This document shows, in pieces, positions 21,340 through 34,743 of a stretch of 64,000 bases of DNA. Numbering within the stretch: position 1 is the stretch's first letter; each line of letters opens with the position of its first letter. The notes under the pieces were generated by a model. The model ran no database searches and was not told the DNA's origin. It was given only the letters and a program-made list of their open reading frames with translations. The DNA comes from the human T2T-CHM13v2.0 reference genome, Homo sapiens. A program made the translations under genes and the position numbers. The DNA is taken from the NCBI RefSeq assembly GCF_009914755.1, contig NC_060943.1. One strand, written 5' to 3'.

Positions 21340-24300
21340 GGGCGCGGCGGGGGAGCCGAGGGGCGTGTCCGGGGCGCGTGCGCGGGCGCGCGTGCATCGA
21401 GGCTGCCGGGGTCGGGGGCGCCCCCGCTTTCCCCCGTGAGCGCGCTGGAGACTGCTGGGCCCGCCCCACGCCCACCCTCCCCGCCCCCCTCCCCCTCCGA
21501 AGCAGGGACCCCGAGGGAGGGGGCAGGGGAGGGAGGGGGCCGCTGTGAGGGAGCGTCGTGTTTTATTTTTTTGGGGGATCTATGGGGAGGGGGGAGGGCC
21601 ATGGTGTTTTTTGCAGTTTCGAGATGTTTTCTTTTTCATGTTTTGCTGTGTGCATGGGGGGCGGGGCGGGGGGAGGGGAGGGAGGGACTCCCAGCCCAGC
21701 CCAACTCCTGGAGAGGGGCCCATAATACACGAATACATAGTTACACCCACAAACTATATATATGCCCTATATAAAGAGACACAGCGAAGGGATGCAGAAA
21801 GGCAGAAAGAAGGGTTGGACGCGGGCATTCATTCATTTTTTTCATTCATTATTCCACAAGGGCTTATTAAGCACCTACTGTGTACCAGGCACTGGTACAT
21901 AAGAAGGCATTGGAGCAGGGGACACGAACGAGGCACAGAAAGGGCCTTCTCATTCATTCATTCATTACCGGCAATTTATTTGTGCGCCTTAAAAAGCTAG
22001 GCATTGTGCTCCGTGCTCAGCGTGCAGGAGGCAGGAAAACAGCCAGGGGCCCCGACGTCTCATAGAGTAAACATCTTGTGCATGAGACAGGCATTAATCG
22101 ATCATGTACATACACAATAAATTACAGTTAGGCTATAGGAGAAACGAGATGCTATGAAATGCTCCATCAGGGGAGCCTAACCCAGTTGTGAGGAAGAGAT
22201 TTCAGTGGACAGTGAAAGGATGAGAAGAAGCCAGCAGGGCGGAGCTGGGGCAGGAGTGTGGCAGGCAGAGCAGCACGTGCAAAGGCCCCGGGGCAGGAAG
22301 GAGCTTGCAGCGAGGGCTGAAGGGTAGTGAGGCAGGTGAGCGGGGATCAAGGTGAGGCCGGAGACACAGACAGGGCCAGATTGTGCAGGGGCTCGTAGGT
22401 CAGGAGTTCAGATTTTATTCTAGGAGTGGTGAGGGCCGTGGAACGGGTTTAAGCAGGACGCTAACGTGAATGGTGTACAAAGGGAAGACAGGAACTCGGA
22501 GGCAAGAGTAGGAGGCAGAGATGTGCTGAAATACAGCATCAAACATGGGCACGGGCCCTTGGAGCTCACACTCTTGTGGGAGGAAGCACGTAATTACACA
22601 GATGCTGAAGCATAGTCATGGTGTCTGGTGTGCAGGAGAAAGCCGTGGGGCTTAGAGACTCATGTGTCTGTCACTCGTTCATTCAGCCACTCACCCATTG
22701 CCATTTTTGGCCATCTGCTAAGGTACCAGGAAGTGTGTTAGGATCCAGATCCCCAGGGGTGAAACAGACTCTAGCCCTGCTCTCAAGCAGTTTATTGTCA
22801 TCAAACACCGCCATCCAGGCAGGGCAATCGGTGCTGGAACCCGGACCACCGTGGGTACCGTGGCACACGGTGGACAGAGTGACCAACTGCCAGGAGTGAG
22901 CAGCACTTGGGGTAGGCTTCCTGGAGAATATGATGCCCATTCTGGGTCTTGAAGAAATGAGTGGGCATCTTCTGGTTGATGAAAGGCATGAGAAAGGCTT
23001 GTGGGGCCAAAGAACAACTTGGGTGAAAACGGGAGGAAGTGAACGAGCATGATGTATTGGGGTCAGTGCTAACAGTTCTGGGATGCTGATGTACAAGGTG
23101 GGGCTGGGAGATGAGGCCGGGAAAGTAGCCACAAGCTAGAGTGTAAAGGTACCAGGGTGGCCGGGCGCGGTGGCTCATGCCTGTAATCCCAGCGCTTTGG
23201 GAGGCTGAGGCTGGAGTATCACTTGAGCCCAGGAGTTTGAGACCAGCCTGGATAACATGGCGAAACCCTGTCTCTACAAAACATTAAAAAAAATTAGCCG
23301 GGCGTGGTGGAGCACACCTGTGGACACAGCTACTCAGGAGGCTGAGGGAGGAGGACCATTTGACTCCAAGAGTTCGAGGCTGCAGTGAGCTAGGATCGCG
23401 GCACTACACTCCAGCCTGAGCAACAGACTGAGATCCTGTCTCAGAAAAAAAGAGAAAAAGGTGCCTGAGTTCCAGGCAGAGGGACTGAGGCTCTTCTAAG
23501 GATGGTGAGAGAGGATGACAGCTGCGCGGGGGCAAGGGCTGTGCGGTGATTGGAGGGGATGGGTTTGAAGTTCACTGAGAAGGCAGAGGGGACAGCGCCC
23601 AGTAGGCTTCCCTTCCATATTTGCTCAGCAAGTGTTTCCTGAGGCCTCCCCCGAAGCCTTGTGCTGGGCGGTGCTGGGAGTGGAGAGGTGATTTTGATCT
23701 TGCCCTGCTCTCAAGGGGCTCCCAGTCTGGCGGGAAAACAGGCACAGACGCAGCTTGAGGAGGACGTGGCAGCGGTGGTGCCATGCTGCCAGGGGCTCTG
23801 CGTGCCCTTCTCTTGACGGAAGGGTACAGATCAGAGCTGGGTGTTCAGAATTTCTCTCCGAGGCCTGTGTGGAAGGACCAGGAAGAGAGAGACTGAAGGT
23901 CCCTAGGAAGAATTCTGCCAAGGCGGTTTCAGGAAGAGATGCTGGGAAATGTAGGAAAAGGAATACAAATCAGTGAGACGGAGAAGCGCTGAGTGAGAGA
24001 GACGGATACGTGGAGAGAAGAGGGATGCCGGAGCGGGTGTTAAAAGAGACAAATCTGGCCGGGTGCTGTGGCTCCTAATCCCAGCACTTTGGGAGACTGA
24101 GGCAGGCAGATTGAGCTCAGGAGTTCCAGACCAGCCAACATATTGAAATCTTGTCTCTACCAAAAATACAAAAATTAGCCGGGTGTGGTGGTGCACGCCT
24201 GTAGTCCCGGCTACTCAGGAGGCTGAGGTGAAAGGATCTCGCTTGGGCCTGGGAGGGTGAGGCTGCAGTGACCCGTGATGGCACCACTGCGCTCCAGCCT

Positions 24301-24545
24301 GGGCGAAAGAGCGAGACTCTGTCTCAAAAAAAAAAAAAAAATTGAGAGACAGCAAATATTTGCTGGAAGAGGGAGAGGGAACTGGTTAGGGGAGAATGGA
24401 TTCTAGAGTCTGAAGGCCAAACAGAACGAGAGAGAGAGAGAGAGAGAGAGAAAGAATGAGGTTGAGGGTAGGCAGGAGGAAGAGCAAGATGGGGAGGGAG
24501 GGGGAGAGCAGGAGAGACCAAACTAGTAGAGTCACAGACAGAGAA

Positions 24546-24749
24546 AAAGTCAAAGACAGGAAGGTGATACAGAGGAGAGAGAAGAGGAAGAGGAGAGACT
24601 GACAGGTGCACAAATCAGAGAAGTCCCAGAGATAGCAGAAACACACACAGAGACAGAGATAGAGAGGGAGAGGTAAGCCGGAGACAGACTCAGAGATTCG
24701 CACAAAAAGCAACGTGGAGACTCAGAAGCAAGCGCAGCGTCAAGGAATG
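24546..24749 (+). repeat. Non-Alu ~200-bp segment, copy A (copy B at 27788-27985)
   Basis: AAAGTCAAAGACA.GAAGGTGATACAGAG...AATCAGAGAAGTCCCAGAGATA...AAGCAACGTGGAGACTCAGAAGCAAGC.CAGC.TCAAGGAATG is present at both loci. Confidence 0.9.
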
Positions 24750-24939
24750 CTCCATTTCTGGTGTGTTGTTTTCCCAGTATTCAAGAAATATTTATTGAGT
24801 GCCAACCTGTTCTAGACCCAATCTCGGCCAGGGGATGTGGTGGCAAATAGACGGACAAGGGCCTGCTCTCCTGAAACACACTGGAGAGATAAACAATAAA
24901 TAATATCATTTCAGTAACCAAAAAGTGCTTTAAAAATTA

Positions 24940-25448
<509 letters not shown>

Positions 25449-26671
25449 TCAGTTAGGGCCTTGGATCCTTGGGAAGAAATCTGAATTTTATTCTAGATCT
25501 GATGGGAAGTGCTTGGAGGGTTTTGAGCACAGGCATGCCATGATCATATTTTTATTTTCTTATTTATATTTATTTTGAAAAAGAGTCTTGCTCTGTCTCA
25601 GGCTGGAGTCCAGTGGGCTGATCTCGGCTCACTGCCAACCTCCGCCTCCCAAGTTCAAGTGATTCTCCTGCCTCAGCCTCCTGAGTAGCTGGGATTACAG
25701 GCATGTGCCACCACGCCTGGCTAATTTTTTTGTATTTTTAGTAAAGACGGGATTTCACCGTGTTGGCCAGGCCAATCTGAAATTCCTGGCTTCAAATGAT
25801 CCACCTGCCTCGGCCTCCCAAAATGCTGGGATTACAGGAGTGAGCCACTGCGCCCGGCCTCATATTTTTATTTAAACAAGAACAGCAGAATTACATTGCT
25901 GTGCTGAGCATACGTAGACTTCAGGAGTCAAAGGGGAAGGAAGGAGGTAGCGGGCTGTTGCCTTCCTCTGGTTGCTGGAGGCCTGGACCAAGGTGGAGTT
26001 AGTGGGATGGAGGAAGTGGAAGAAGGCATGGGATTTTGGAGGCTAGAGCCTGCATTGGTGGTGAACTGGATGTCATAGAGGAGGGAAGGAAAAGGAACCA
26101 GGAAGAGAAGAACTCTCTGAATTGGGCACGCACATCTCTGATGGGCACCGATGAGGATTGTTACCAGGAACGAGGAGACTGGGATCAGGAAAGTGGCTTT
26201 GGGAGGGAGGAACCAAGGCTTCTCTTTTGGATGTGTCAAGATAGATCTGCCTTCGAGAAATCCGAGTTGTGGTATCAAATAGCCAGTTGGATATGTGAGA
26301 CTGGAGTTTGGGGGAAAGAGAGGCCGTGGCTCAAAAACGTAAGTTTTGGAAACGTCAACATAAAGCCACAGGATTGGGTGACGTGGCCTAGCAGGGGGGT
26401 GGGGACAGAGAAGCGACCCTGGCCAGAGCCTTGGGGACATCTACATCTGGGGGAGAAGGGGATGTAGCAAAACGAGCTTAGGAGTGATCTCGAGGTAGGC
26501 TGAAACCAGGAGGGTTACAGAGGGCAAATGCACCTTTGTGTTTCAAGAAGGAGAGGAGACAGCCAGCTGTGCCAAGGGCTGCTGAGACTTGGACAAGGAT
26601 GCAGAGAGCAGAGTGACCATTAGGTCTGATGACATGGACAGGGTTGGTGATCTTGATAAGATAAGATGTCA

Positions 26672-27194
<523 letters not shown>

Positions 27195-27787
27195 TCACAG
27201 CAGGCAGGAGCAAGAGAGATGGGGAAGCCCAGGGCCAGGAGGGGAAGATGAATTCAGGGGGCAGGGAAGAGAGGATGCTGTCAGCTAGGCTCTGGCAGAT
27301 CCCCTAGCCAGGGATGCTCTGCCCAGCTCCTGTCTCTTGCTGCTGTCAGCGCCGGGCACACTCTGGGATTCCCCCTGTAGACCCTGTCAAGACCTATTGA
27401 GGTGAAGGGGAAGAACACGTTTTCATCATTCATTTTCAGAAATAAACATTCACTCAGTTCTTGGAAATACTTTCTGGCCAGGCTTGGGGGCTCATGCCTG
27501 TAATCCCAGCACTCTGGGAGGCCAAGACAGGAGGATTGCTTGAGGCTTGGCGTTTGAGACCAGCCTGGGCAATATAGTAAGACCCCGTCTCTACAAAAAT
27601 GAAAAATGAGCTGTGGCGTGGTGGCTCACGCCTGTAGTCCTAGATACTCGGGAGGCTGAGGCGGGAGGATTGCTTGAGTCCAGGAGTTTAAGGTTGCAGT
27701 GAGCTATGATTGCACCATTGCACTTCAGGCTGGGCCACAGAGCAAGACCCTGTCTCAGAAAACAGAAAGAAAGAAAGTCAAAGAAAT

Positions 27788-27985
27788 AAAGTCAAAGACA
27801 AGAAGGTGATACAGAGAAGACAGAAAAGGAGGAGGAGAGAGACTGACAGGTACACAAATCAGAGAAGTCCCAGAGATAACAAAAACACAACCACAGAGAT
27901 AGGGAGACGTAAGCCGGAGAAAGACCCAGAGATTCGCATAGAAAGCAACGTGGAGACTCAGAAGCAAGCACAGCATCAAGGAATG
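27788..27985 (+). repeat. Non-Alu ~200-bp segment, copy B, embedded in an Alu A-tail
   Basis: Direct repeat of 24546-24749, with an Alu before it and an A-rich tract after it. Confidence 0.9.
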
Positions 27986-28685
27986 ATCAATAAAAAGAAA
28001 AAAAAATATTTCCTGAGGACTTCCAAGTACAAGGCCCTGCAATCTCAGGCCACTTCTGTCCCATCTCTGCCTTCAGAGGGGGGGACAGGTAGTCCAGACA
28101 ATTAGAATACAGAGGGGGCTGTGTTCTGACGGGGCCACGCGGGCATTGAGGAAACGCAGCAGGCCCCTCCCCTAGCTGGGGCGGGGATGTCTGTGTGCCA
28201 TCATCTCACTCCATCTGGTCATTCCTTTGCCCATTCATCCATCCATTCATTCAAGTCACCCCATGCACATTTTCCAAGACTGCCTGTGACCTGGCCCTGT
28301 GCCGGGTAGAGCTGAGGATGCCAAGGTGAATTCCTCCTGTGCCTGGCCCCGGCCCCAGTCTGCTGGAAGAACCAGACACAGACAATCACACTGCGGGGAA
28401 ACACGTGCTCCATCGGAAAAGTCCAGAGCAGGGGGTGGGCAGAGAGGCCCAGCGTGCACCAGAGCCTCGCTCAGGTCAGCGCCAGGCCTGCCTGGAGCAG
28501 CCAACTGTGGGAGAAGAAGGAGTTGGTGAAAGGTGGGTCCCACCTGGGCCGTCCACAGAAGGGCTGAGGGGTAGGGGGTGAGGGGTTGAAGATCAGGCCC
28601 TGCCGCCATGCCACACGGCTGTCCTCTGTCCCTGCTCCTGGGGGAGCTGAAACTGCATGGAAGGTCCCCCAGGGGTGCCCCGTCT

Positions 28686-28691
28686 AATAAA
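28686..28691 (+). terminator. CACNG8: Candidate distal poly(A) signal of CACNG8 (AATAAA)
   Basis: Isolated AATAAA in GC-rich unique sequence, with GTGCTGCTTTCATTCTGTG downstream. Confidence 0.65.
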
Positions 28692-28859
28692 CTCGATGAA
28701 GAGGAGTGCTGCTTTCATTCTGTGCCCCTGACAGCCGGCCCTGCCCTGAGGCCTGCGCTTTCTCCAACATGGAAATCAGGCCTTCCATCCTTCAAGACCC
28801 AGGGTTCTGGCCCCAGTCTCCTCCCTGAGGCCCAGGACTCTGGGTCTGCCAACGCCTTG

Positions 28860-29645
28860 ACCAGGAGTCCAGGCTCCCCGGCCCTCCTCCTCCCTCAGAC
28901 CCAGGAGTCCAGGCCCAGCCCCTCCTCCCTCAGATCCAGGAGTCCAGGCCCCCTGCCCCCTCCTCCCTCAGACCCAGGAGTCCAGGCCCAGGCCTTCCTC
29001 CCTCAGACCCAGGAGCCCAGGCCCCCAGCCCCTCCTCCCTCAGACCCAGGAGCCCAGGCCCCCAGCCCCTCCTCCCTCAGACCCAGGAGCCCAGGCCCCC
29101 AGCCCCTCCTCCCTCAGACCCAGGAGTCCAGGCCCCCAGCCCCTCCTCCTTCAGACCCAGGAGTTCAGGCCCCAGTCCCTCCTCCCTCAGACCCAGAAGT
29201 CCAGGCCCCCAGCCCCTCCTCCCTCAGACTCAGGAGCCCAGGCCCCCAGCCCCTCCTCCCTCAGACCCAGGAGTCCAGGCCCCAGCCCCTCCTCCCTCAG
29301 ACCCAGGAGTCCAGACCCCCAGCCCCTCCTCCCTCAGACCCAGGAGCCCAGGCCCCCAACCCCTCCTCCCTCAGACCCAGGAGTCCAGGCCCCCAGCCCC
29401 TCCTCCCTCAGACCCAGGAGTCCAGGCCCCCAGCCCCTCCTCCTTCAGACCCAGGAGTTCAGGCCCCAGTCCCTCCTCCCTCAGACCCAGAAGTCCAGGC
29501 CCCAGTCCCTCCTCCCTCAGACTCAGGAGCCCAGGCCCAGCCCCTCCTCCCTCAGACCCAGGAGTCCAGACCCCAGCCCCTCCTCCCTCAGACCCAGGAG
29601 TTCAGGCCCCCAGCCCCTCCTCCCTCAGACTCAGGAGCCCAGGAC
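28860..29645. repeat. MSR1-type 35-37 bp minisatellite, ~21 units
   Basis: Unit CCCAGGAGTCCAGGCCCCCAGCCCCTCCTCCCTCAGA, the chr19q13-enriched MSR1 consensus. Degenerate flanks extend to about 28790 and 29820. Confidence 0.93.
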
Positions 29646-29839
29646 CTAGGAGACCAGGTTCCTCTCCTCTCAGATCCAAGATTCTGGGTACCCAGGCCTT
29701 CTTCCTCTACCACTCAGAAGTGGGGTACCGAGGCTTCTTCTCCCTTAGGGACCCAAGACTCCTGGCCTCAGGCCCTCCTCCCTGAGACCCGGGGCCCTGC
29801 CTCCCGCCCCTCCTCCCTGGTAACCCCAGTCAGACTTGC

Positions 29840-31800
29840 TGCCCCGCCCGTCTCCTGCTGCCCGGGAGACTGCGGAGCTGGGACTCTCGGCGCCGCTCTT
29901 GCCCCTTAGTGAAATGAAAGTCCCATCAGGCTCGGCCCCTTCCTCCCCGGGCGGCCTCCCTCCCCCCTTCCTCGTCCCCTTAAAACACCCGGGATCCCTA
30001 TGGCAACAGGCGCCGGGCGACAGGTGCGGGTGTTATTTACGGGTCAAGCCCGAAATAGCCCCGAGGGTGGAGGGTGGAGGGTGGGGGGTGGGCGGGTGGG
30101 GACGAGGCCGGGCGCGGGCGGAGGCCAGGCCGGTGGCGGTGGCGGGCACAGCCGGACGCTTCGGAGGCAGCGCGGAGCTGGGGTCGGCGCGGGGCCGAGG
30201 CAGGAGAGCGAGAGGGGCCCCTGCTCGGGAGTCGGGGGTGGGAGCCCCGAGGGGGGGCCCTGGCCTGGGGCTGAGCCTGGCGCGAACCCGACCGGGAAGG
30301 CCCTGGGAGCCCGGGGGAGGGAGACGGACTGATCCCGAAGGGGCGCAGCGTCTCTTGCGGGTCGCGGTTGGCCTTTGAACCCTGGGGGGACTCAGTCCTG
30401 GTTTTCCGAGCCGCAGTGCGGACCACAGCCCCATAGTGTGAGCCCCAGGAGGGCCCCCGGTCCCATCTGCCCCAGCCCTCGGGGAGGCCCCGTAGCCTCC
30501 CGCCTCTGGACTCCACTCTGTCTTCCGGCCACCGGCCCCTTTTCCAGGCTCAGTAGAGACCTCGGATCTTTTCTGAATGGCAGGGGAGACCCCTATCCCC
30601 TTTTCCTGAATTCCAGCGAGGCCCAGTCCTCTTCTGAGCCCCAGCCAGGGCTCTGTTCTTCTCCTTCTGTGGATGCCGGGGTCCTACTGCCTCTCTTGAG
30701 ACCCGGATTGAATTCCGACCTCCCCTTGGGAGCTTCCCGGGACCCCAGGTCTTCCTTTTCCGAATCCCAGAGGGTCCCCAAGTCCTCTGTTCTCAAACTC
30801 TGAGCCCAAGGGAACCCCGGCCACATCTCCTCCAAACACACACAGGACCTCAGGTCCCTTCCTGGGTACCCCAAACTCTTAGCCCTAGTGGGGTGCTCAG
30901 ATCTCTCAGGAAAACCAGTTTCCCTTTTGTTAACCCCCCAGCGGGGACCCCAAAGCAGCCCCTTGGAGCTGCAGGGAGCTTCAGCGGGCACCAGTTCTCA
31001 TTCCTCTGGAGCTCTTGGGGGGACTCCCTCCTGGGAAGCCGAATTCTATCTCTAAACCTCAGGGTGGGGGCCTTGTTTTTCCTCTGGGCCCCGTCTTCTT
31101 TGCCAAGTTCTTGAGGGCAACCTAGACCCTCCTCTGAACCCCAGAGGCTTCCCCAGCCCTGGGGATCATTTTTCTCTTCTGAACCCCAGAAGCAATCTCG
31201 ACTTTCGCATTTGAGATTCCAGACAGGACTCGGCTCTCCCTCTTTCATACCCAGGGGAAACTGAGTCCCTCACCCCCTTCAAGACCCCAGGCCGCTCCTC
31301 GCTCCCGCCCCTCGAGGCCCTTCGCCGGCTCTGCCTCCTCCCCCTTCCCGACCCCACCGGCCATAAGATGATGTGGTCCAACTTCTTCCTGCAAGAGGAG
31401 AACCGGCGGCGGGGGGCCGCGGGCCGGCGGCGGGCGCACGGGCAGGGCAGGTCGGGGCTGACGCCCGAGCGCGAGGGGAAGGTGAAGCTGGCGCTGCTGC
31501 TGGCCGCCGTGGGCGCCACGCTGGCGGTGCTGTCCGTGGGCACCGAGTTCTGGGTGGAGCTCAACACCTACAAGGCCAACGGCAGCGCCGTGTGCGAAGC
31601 GGCCCACCTGGGGCTGTGGAAGGCGTGCACCAAGCGGCTGTGGCAGGCGGACGTGCCCGTGGACAGGGACACCTGCGGCCCCGCGGAGCTGCCCGGAGGT
31701 GAGCAGCCGCCGCCCCGAGCGCAGGGCTTGCGTCCCACGGACAGGGAGGGAGAGGGGCCCGTGTCCGAGGAGAAAACCCGCCCCAGGGACAAAAGCCTGA
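29840..31800. promoter_or_regulatory. CACNG6 promoter/5' CpG-rich region
   Basis: CpG-dense blocks at 29840-30450 and 31290-31800, with GC boxes. X-box-like ATCCCTATGGCAAC at 29994-30007. Confidence 0.7.
31368..31698 (+). CDS. CACNG6: CACNG6 (calcium channel gamma-6) coding exon 1
   Basis: MMWSNFFLQEENRRRG...KVKLALLLAAVGATLAVLSVGTEFWVEL...AAHLGLWKACTKRLW...GPAELPG; donor G|GTGAG at 31698/31699. 331 nt. Confidence 0.96.
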
Positions 31801-31924
31801 GCCCGGAGGAGACAGCTTGCCTCGCAGTAAGCGCCAGTGCCCACTTCGTCCTCTGCTCTCAGAAACTGCTGAGAGATAGAGGGATCCCCCAGATATGGCC
31901 CAGGTCCCTCACGGGCCTACCGCC

Positions 31925-32590
31925 AGAGAACCTGTGCCTTAGAGCTTGCTTTCCTGCTACAGACTGTACCCCAAGACCAGAATGTGCCTACAGGGAGTCT
32001 GTGCCCCCAGGCCATCCTGTACCCCCAGACCAGGCTGTGACCTGAGACCCCCTCAGACGAGTCTGTACCCCTATTCTGCACCTCTAAAGAGAGCTTGTGC
32101 CCCCGCCTACAGCCTGTGCCCCAAGACCATCCTGTACCCCGACTATCCTGTACCCCCAGATGAGCCTGTGTCCCCAGCTACAGTTTCCACCCCCAGACTA
32201 ACATGCACCCCTAGACCAGTCTATACCCCCAGACCAGCCTGCATCCTTACACCAGCCTGTGCCCTCAGATCAGCCTGCACCTCCACACCAGGCTATGGTC
32301 CCAGATGATTCTATGACCCCCAAAGTCCCTGCCCCCACACAGCCAATGTTCCCAGGCATCGCTGTGTCCCCCCAGACCAGCCTACAGCTCTAGAGAGAGC
32401 CTGTGTCACTAGAAAAATCTTGCCTGTGTCCCCAGACCCAGCCTGTGATTCCAGACACAGCTGGTGTCCTCAGATAGCCTGTGCCCACCCCAGACAGCCT
32501 GCACCCTCTGGAAGTGCCTGTGCCCTGGAGACAGCCCGTGCCCACTCTGCATGTGCCCACAGACAGCCTGTGCCCATGGAGAGACAGCCT
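31925..32590. repeat. Degenerate ~18-19 bp tandem repeat (CCTGTGCCCCCAGACCAG-like) in CACNG6 intron 1
   Basis: Recurrent CCTGT(G/A)CCCC and CCCCAGAC motifs over ~650 bp. Confidence 0.75.
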
Positions 32591-34170
32591 GGGTTCCTGG
32601 TGTCAGCTTCCTCTTCCCAGCCTGGAGACAGCTTGCGCTCCCATCCTGTGAGCCCTGGGGAGACAGACGCCCACCCCAAAGCAGGATCTATGCCTGTTCC
32701 CCACCTACTGCTTCCACCAAACCAAGCTCTCACCAGACGCCTCCCAACACCCGAGGGCAGACCTTGTTCCTTCCCTGCAATGTTCTTCACTTCCTGTCCT
32801 CTCGCCTCCAAATGCCCAGACTGGACATTTCAGCGTTTCTCATTTTCTCCGAGAGACATTCCCATACTCCCTCCTTTCCCAAATCATGGCTGTTTTATCC
32901 CTGGGCATGGCAGAGAGCTGTTCCATACCTCCCTGACACGCCACGCCACGGCTTGTGCTTATACCAGGGGGACATTCTATACCCCTTGGGAACTGGATGA
33001 AATCTCCTTCTACCTCCACTGACCCATGGAAAATACCTGGCACTCCTCAGAGCCCATTTGGGCTGTCATATATTTGATCACCCATATGAGATCTCCAGCA
33101 CTCTTCAGTCTCCAAAGACGGTCCTATCATCCCAGTGCCCCTCAAAGAATATGGCCTATTTTTCTGGGCTCCGTATGAGATTTCCCTCGTCCCTCACTTC
33201 TCCAGATGTGATATCTTATATGTGTAGAGTGCAAAATAGGATGTCCCAAGCCCTCGATAGGACAGTGGGATGCCAGGCCCCCCGGCTGTCTGAGCTACCC
33301 ACTTGGTGTCCAGATGGGCTACCCTTGATCATTTTATTTCTGCAGATGGGCTGTCTCTGGCCCCTCAGGGGTCTCATAAAGGATGATCTCAAACTTTTGC
33401 AAAATGGGAGTCCCCAGTAATAAGAATAGTAGCTGCTTATGTAATGCCTGGTTCTCATCTCAGTGTTTTATGTACATTAACTCATCAAGCATCATAGCTA
33501 GCCTATGAGTCGTTATTATCACTCCCGTTCTAGAGAAGAGAAAAATGAGGGGGCGAGAAATCTCGGTGGCTCGGTCTATGCACCCAGGCTAGTTAGATGG
33601 AATTTGAAGCTTGGTTGCCTCTCTTCTCAACAACTGCATTATATCACATCTCACTGGTCCATCAAGAGATCCCAAAGGTCAAAGGTCCTGGGACAATGGA
33701 GGGGTGGCCCATCCCATCTCACCGCATTGTATGGGGTTCCTTGCATCCCTTGCTGTCCCCTCCATTGATCAGAAAGGACTTCAGTCTTCCAGCAGGGCCA
33801 TTAACGTTATCTTACAAACCCAACCCCTCAGAGGACATCTCTCAATCTTCATTATCTCAGAGAAATATCTCACACTCACCACTGCCCATCAAAAGGCATC
33901 CCTGGCTCCCTTGGCTATAAGTATGGAATGTGGGGGTGACCCTTACCCTGCACTTTTCCAGATGGGATGTGTCATGTTTGGGGGTGGTCGAATTGGGATG
34001 TGCTAAACTATTAGTAGCCAAAAGAGGATGCCAGGCAACCTACATTGTCCCAGAAGGGCCGTCACACTTCCCTTGTGGATGTAGACCGTGTTTCCCGCAA
34101 TGACTGCTTCAAAGAGCACCTGCACCCTTCGCTCAGTGACGTGAAGCACCCTTTACCTCTTTTTCTTTGA

Positions 34171-34743
<573 letters not shown>

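Noticed and set aside
23571-23599. REST/RE1-like GGACAGCGCC
   Set aside because: Only the right half-site matches; no proper TTCAGCACC left half.
28608-29909. 433-aa Pro/Ser/Gln-rich ORF
   Set aside because: It is the translation of the MSR1 minisatellite, whose 37-bp unit lacks stop codons on this strand; there is no gene structure.
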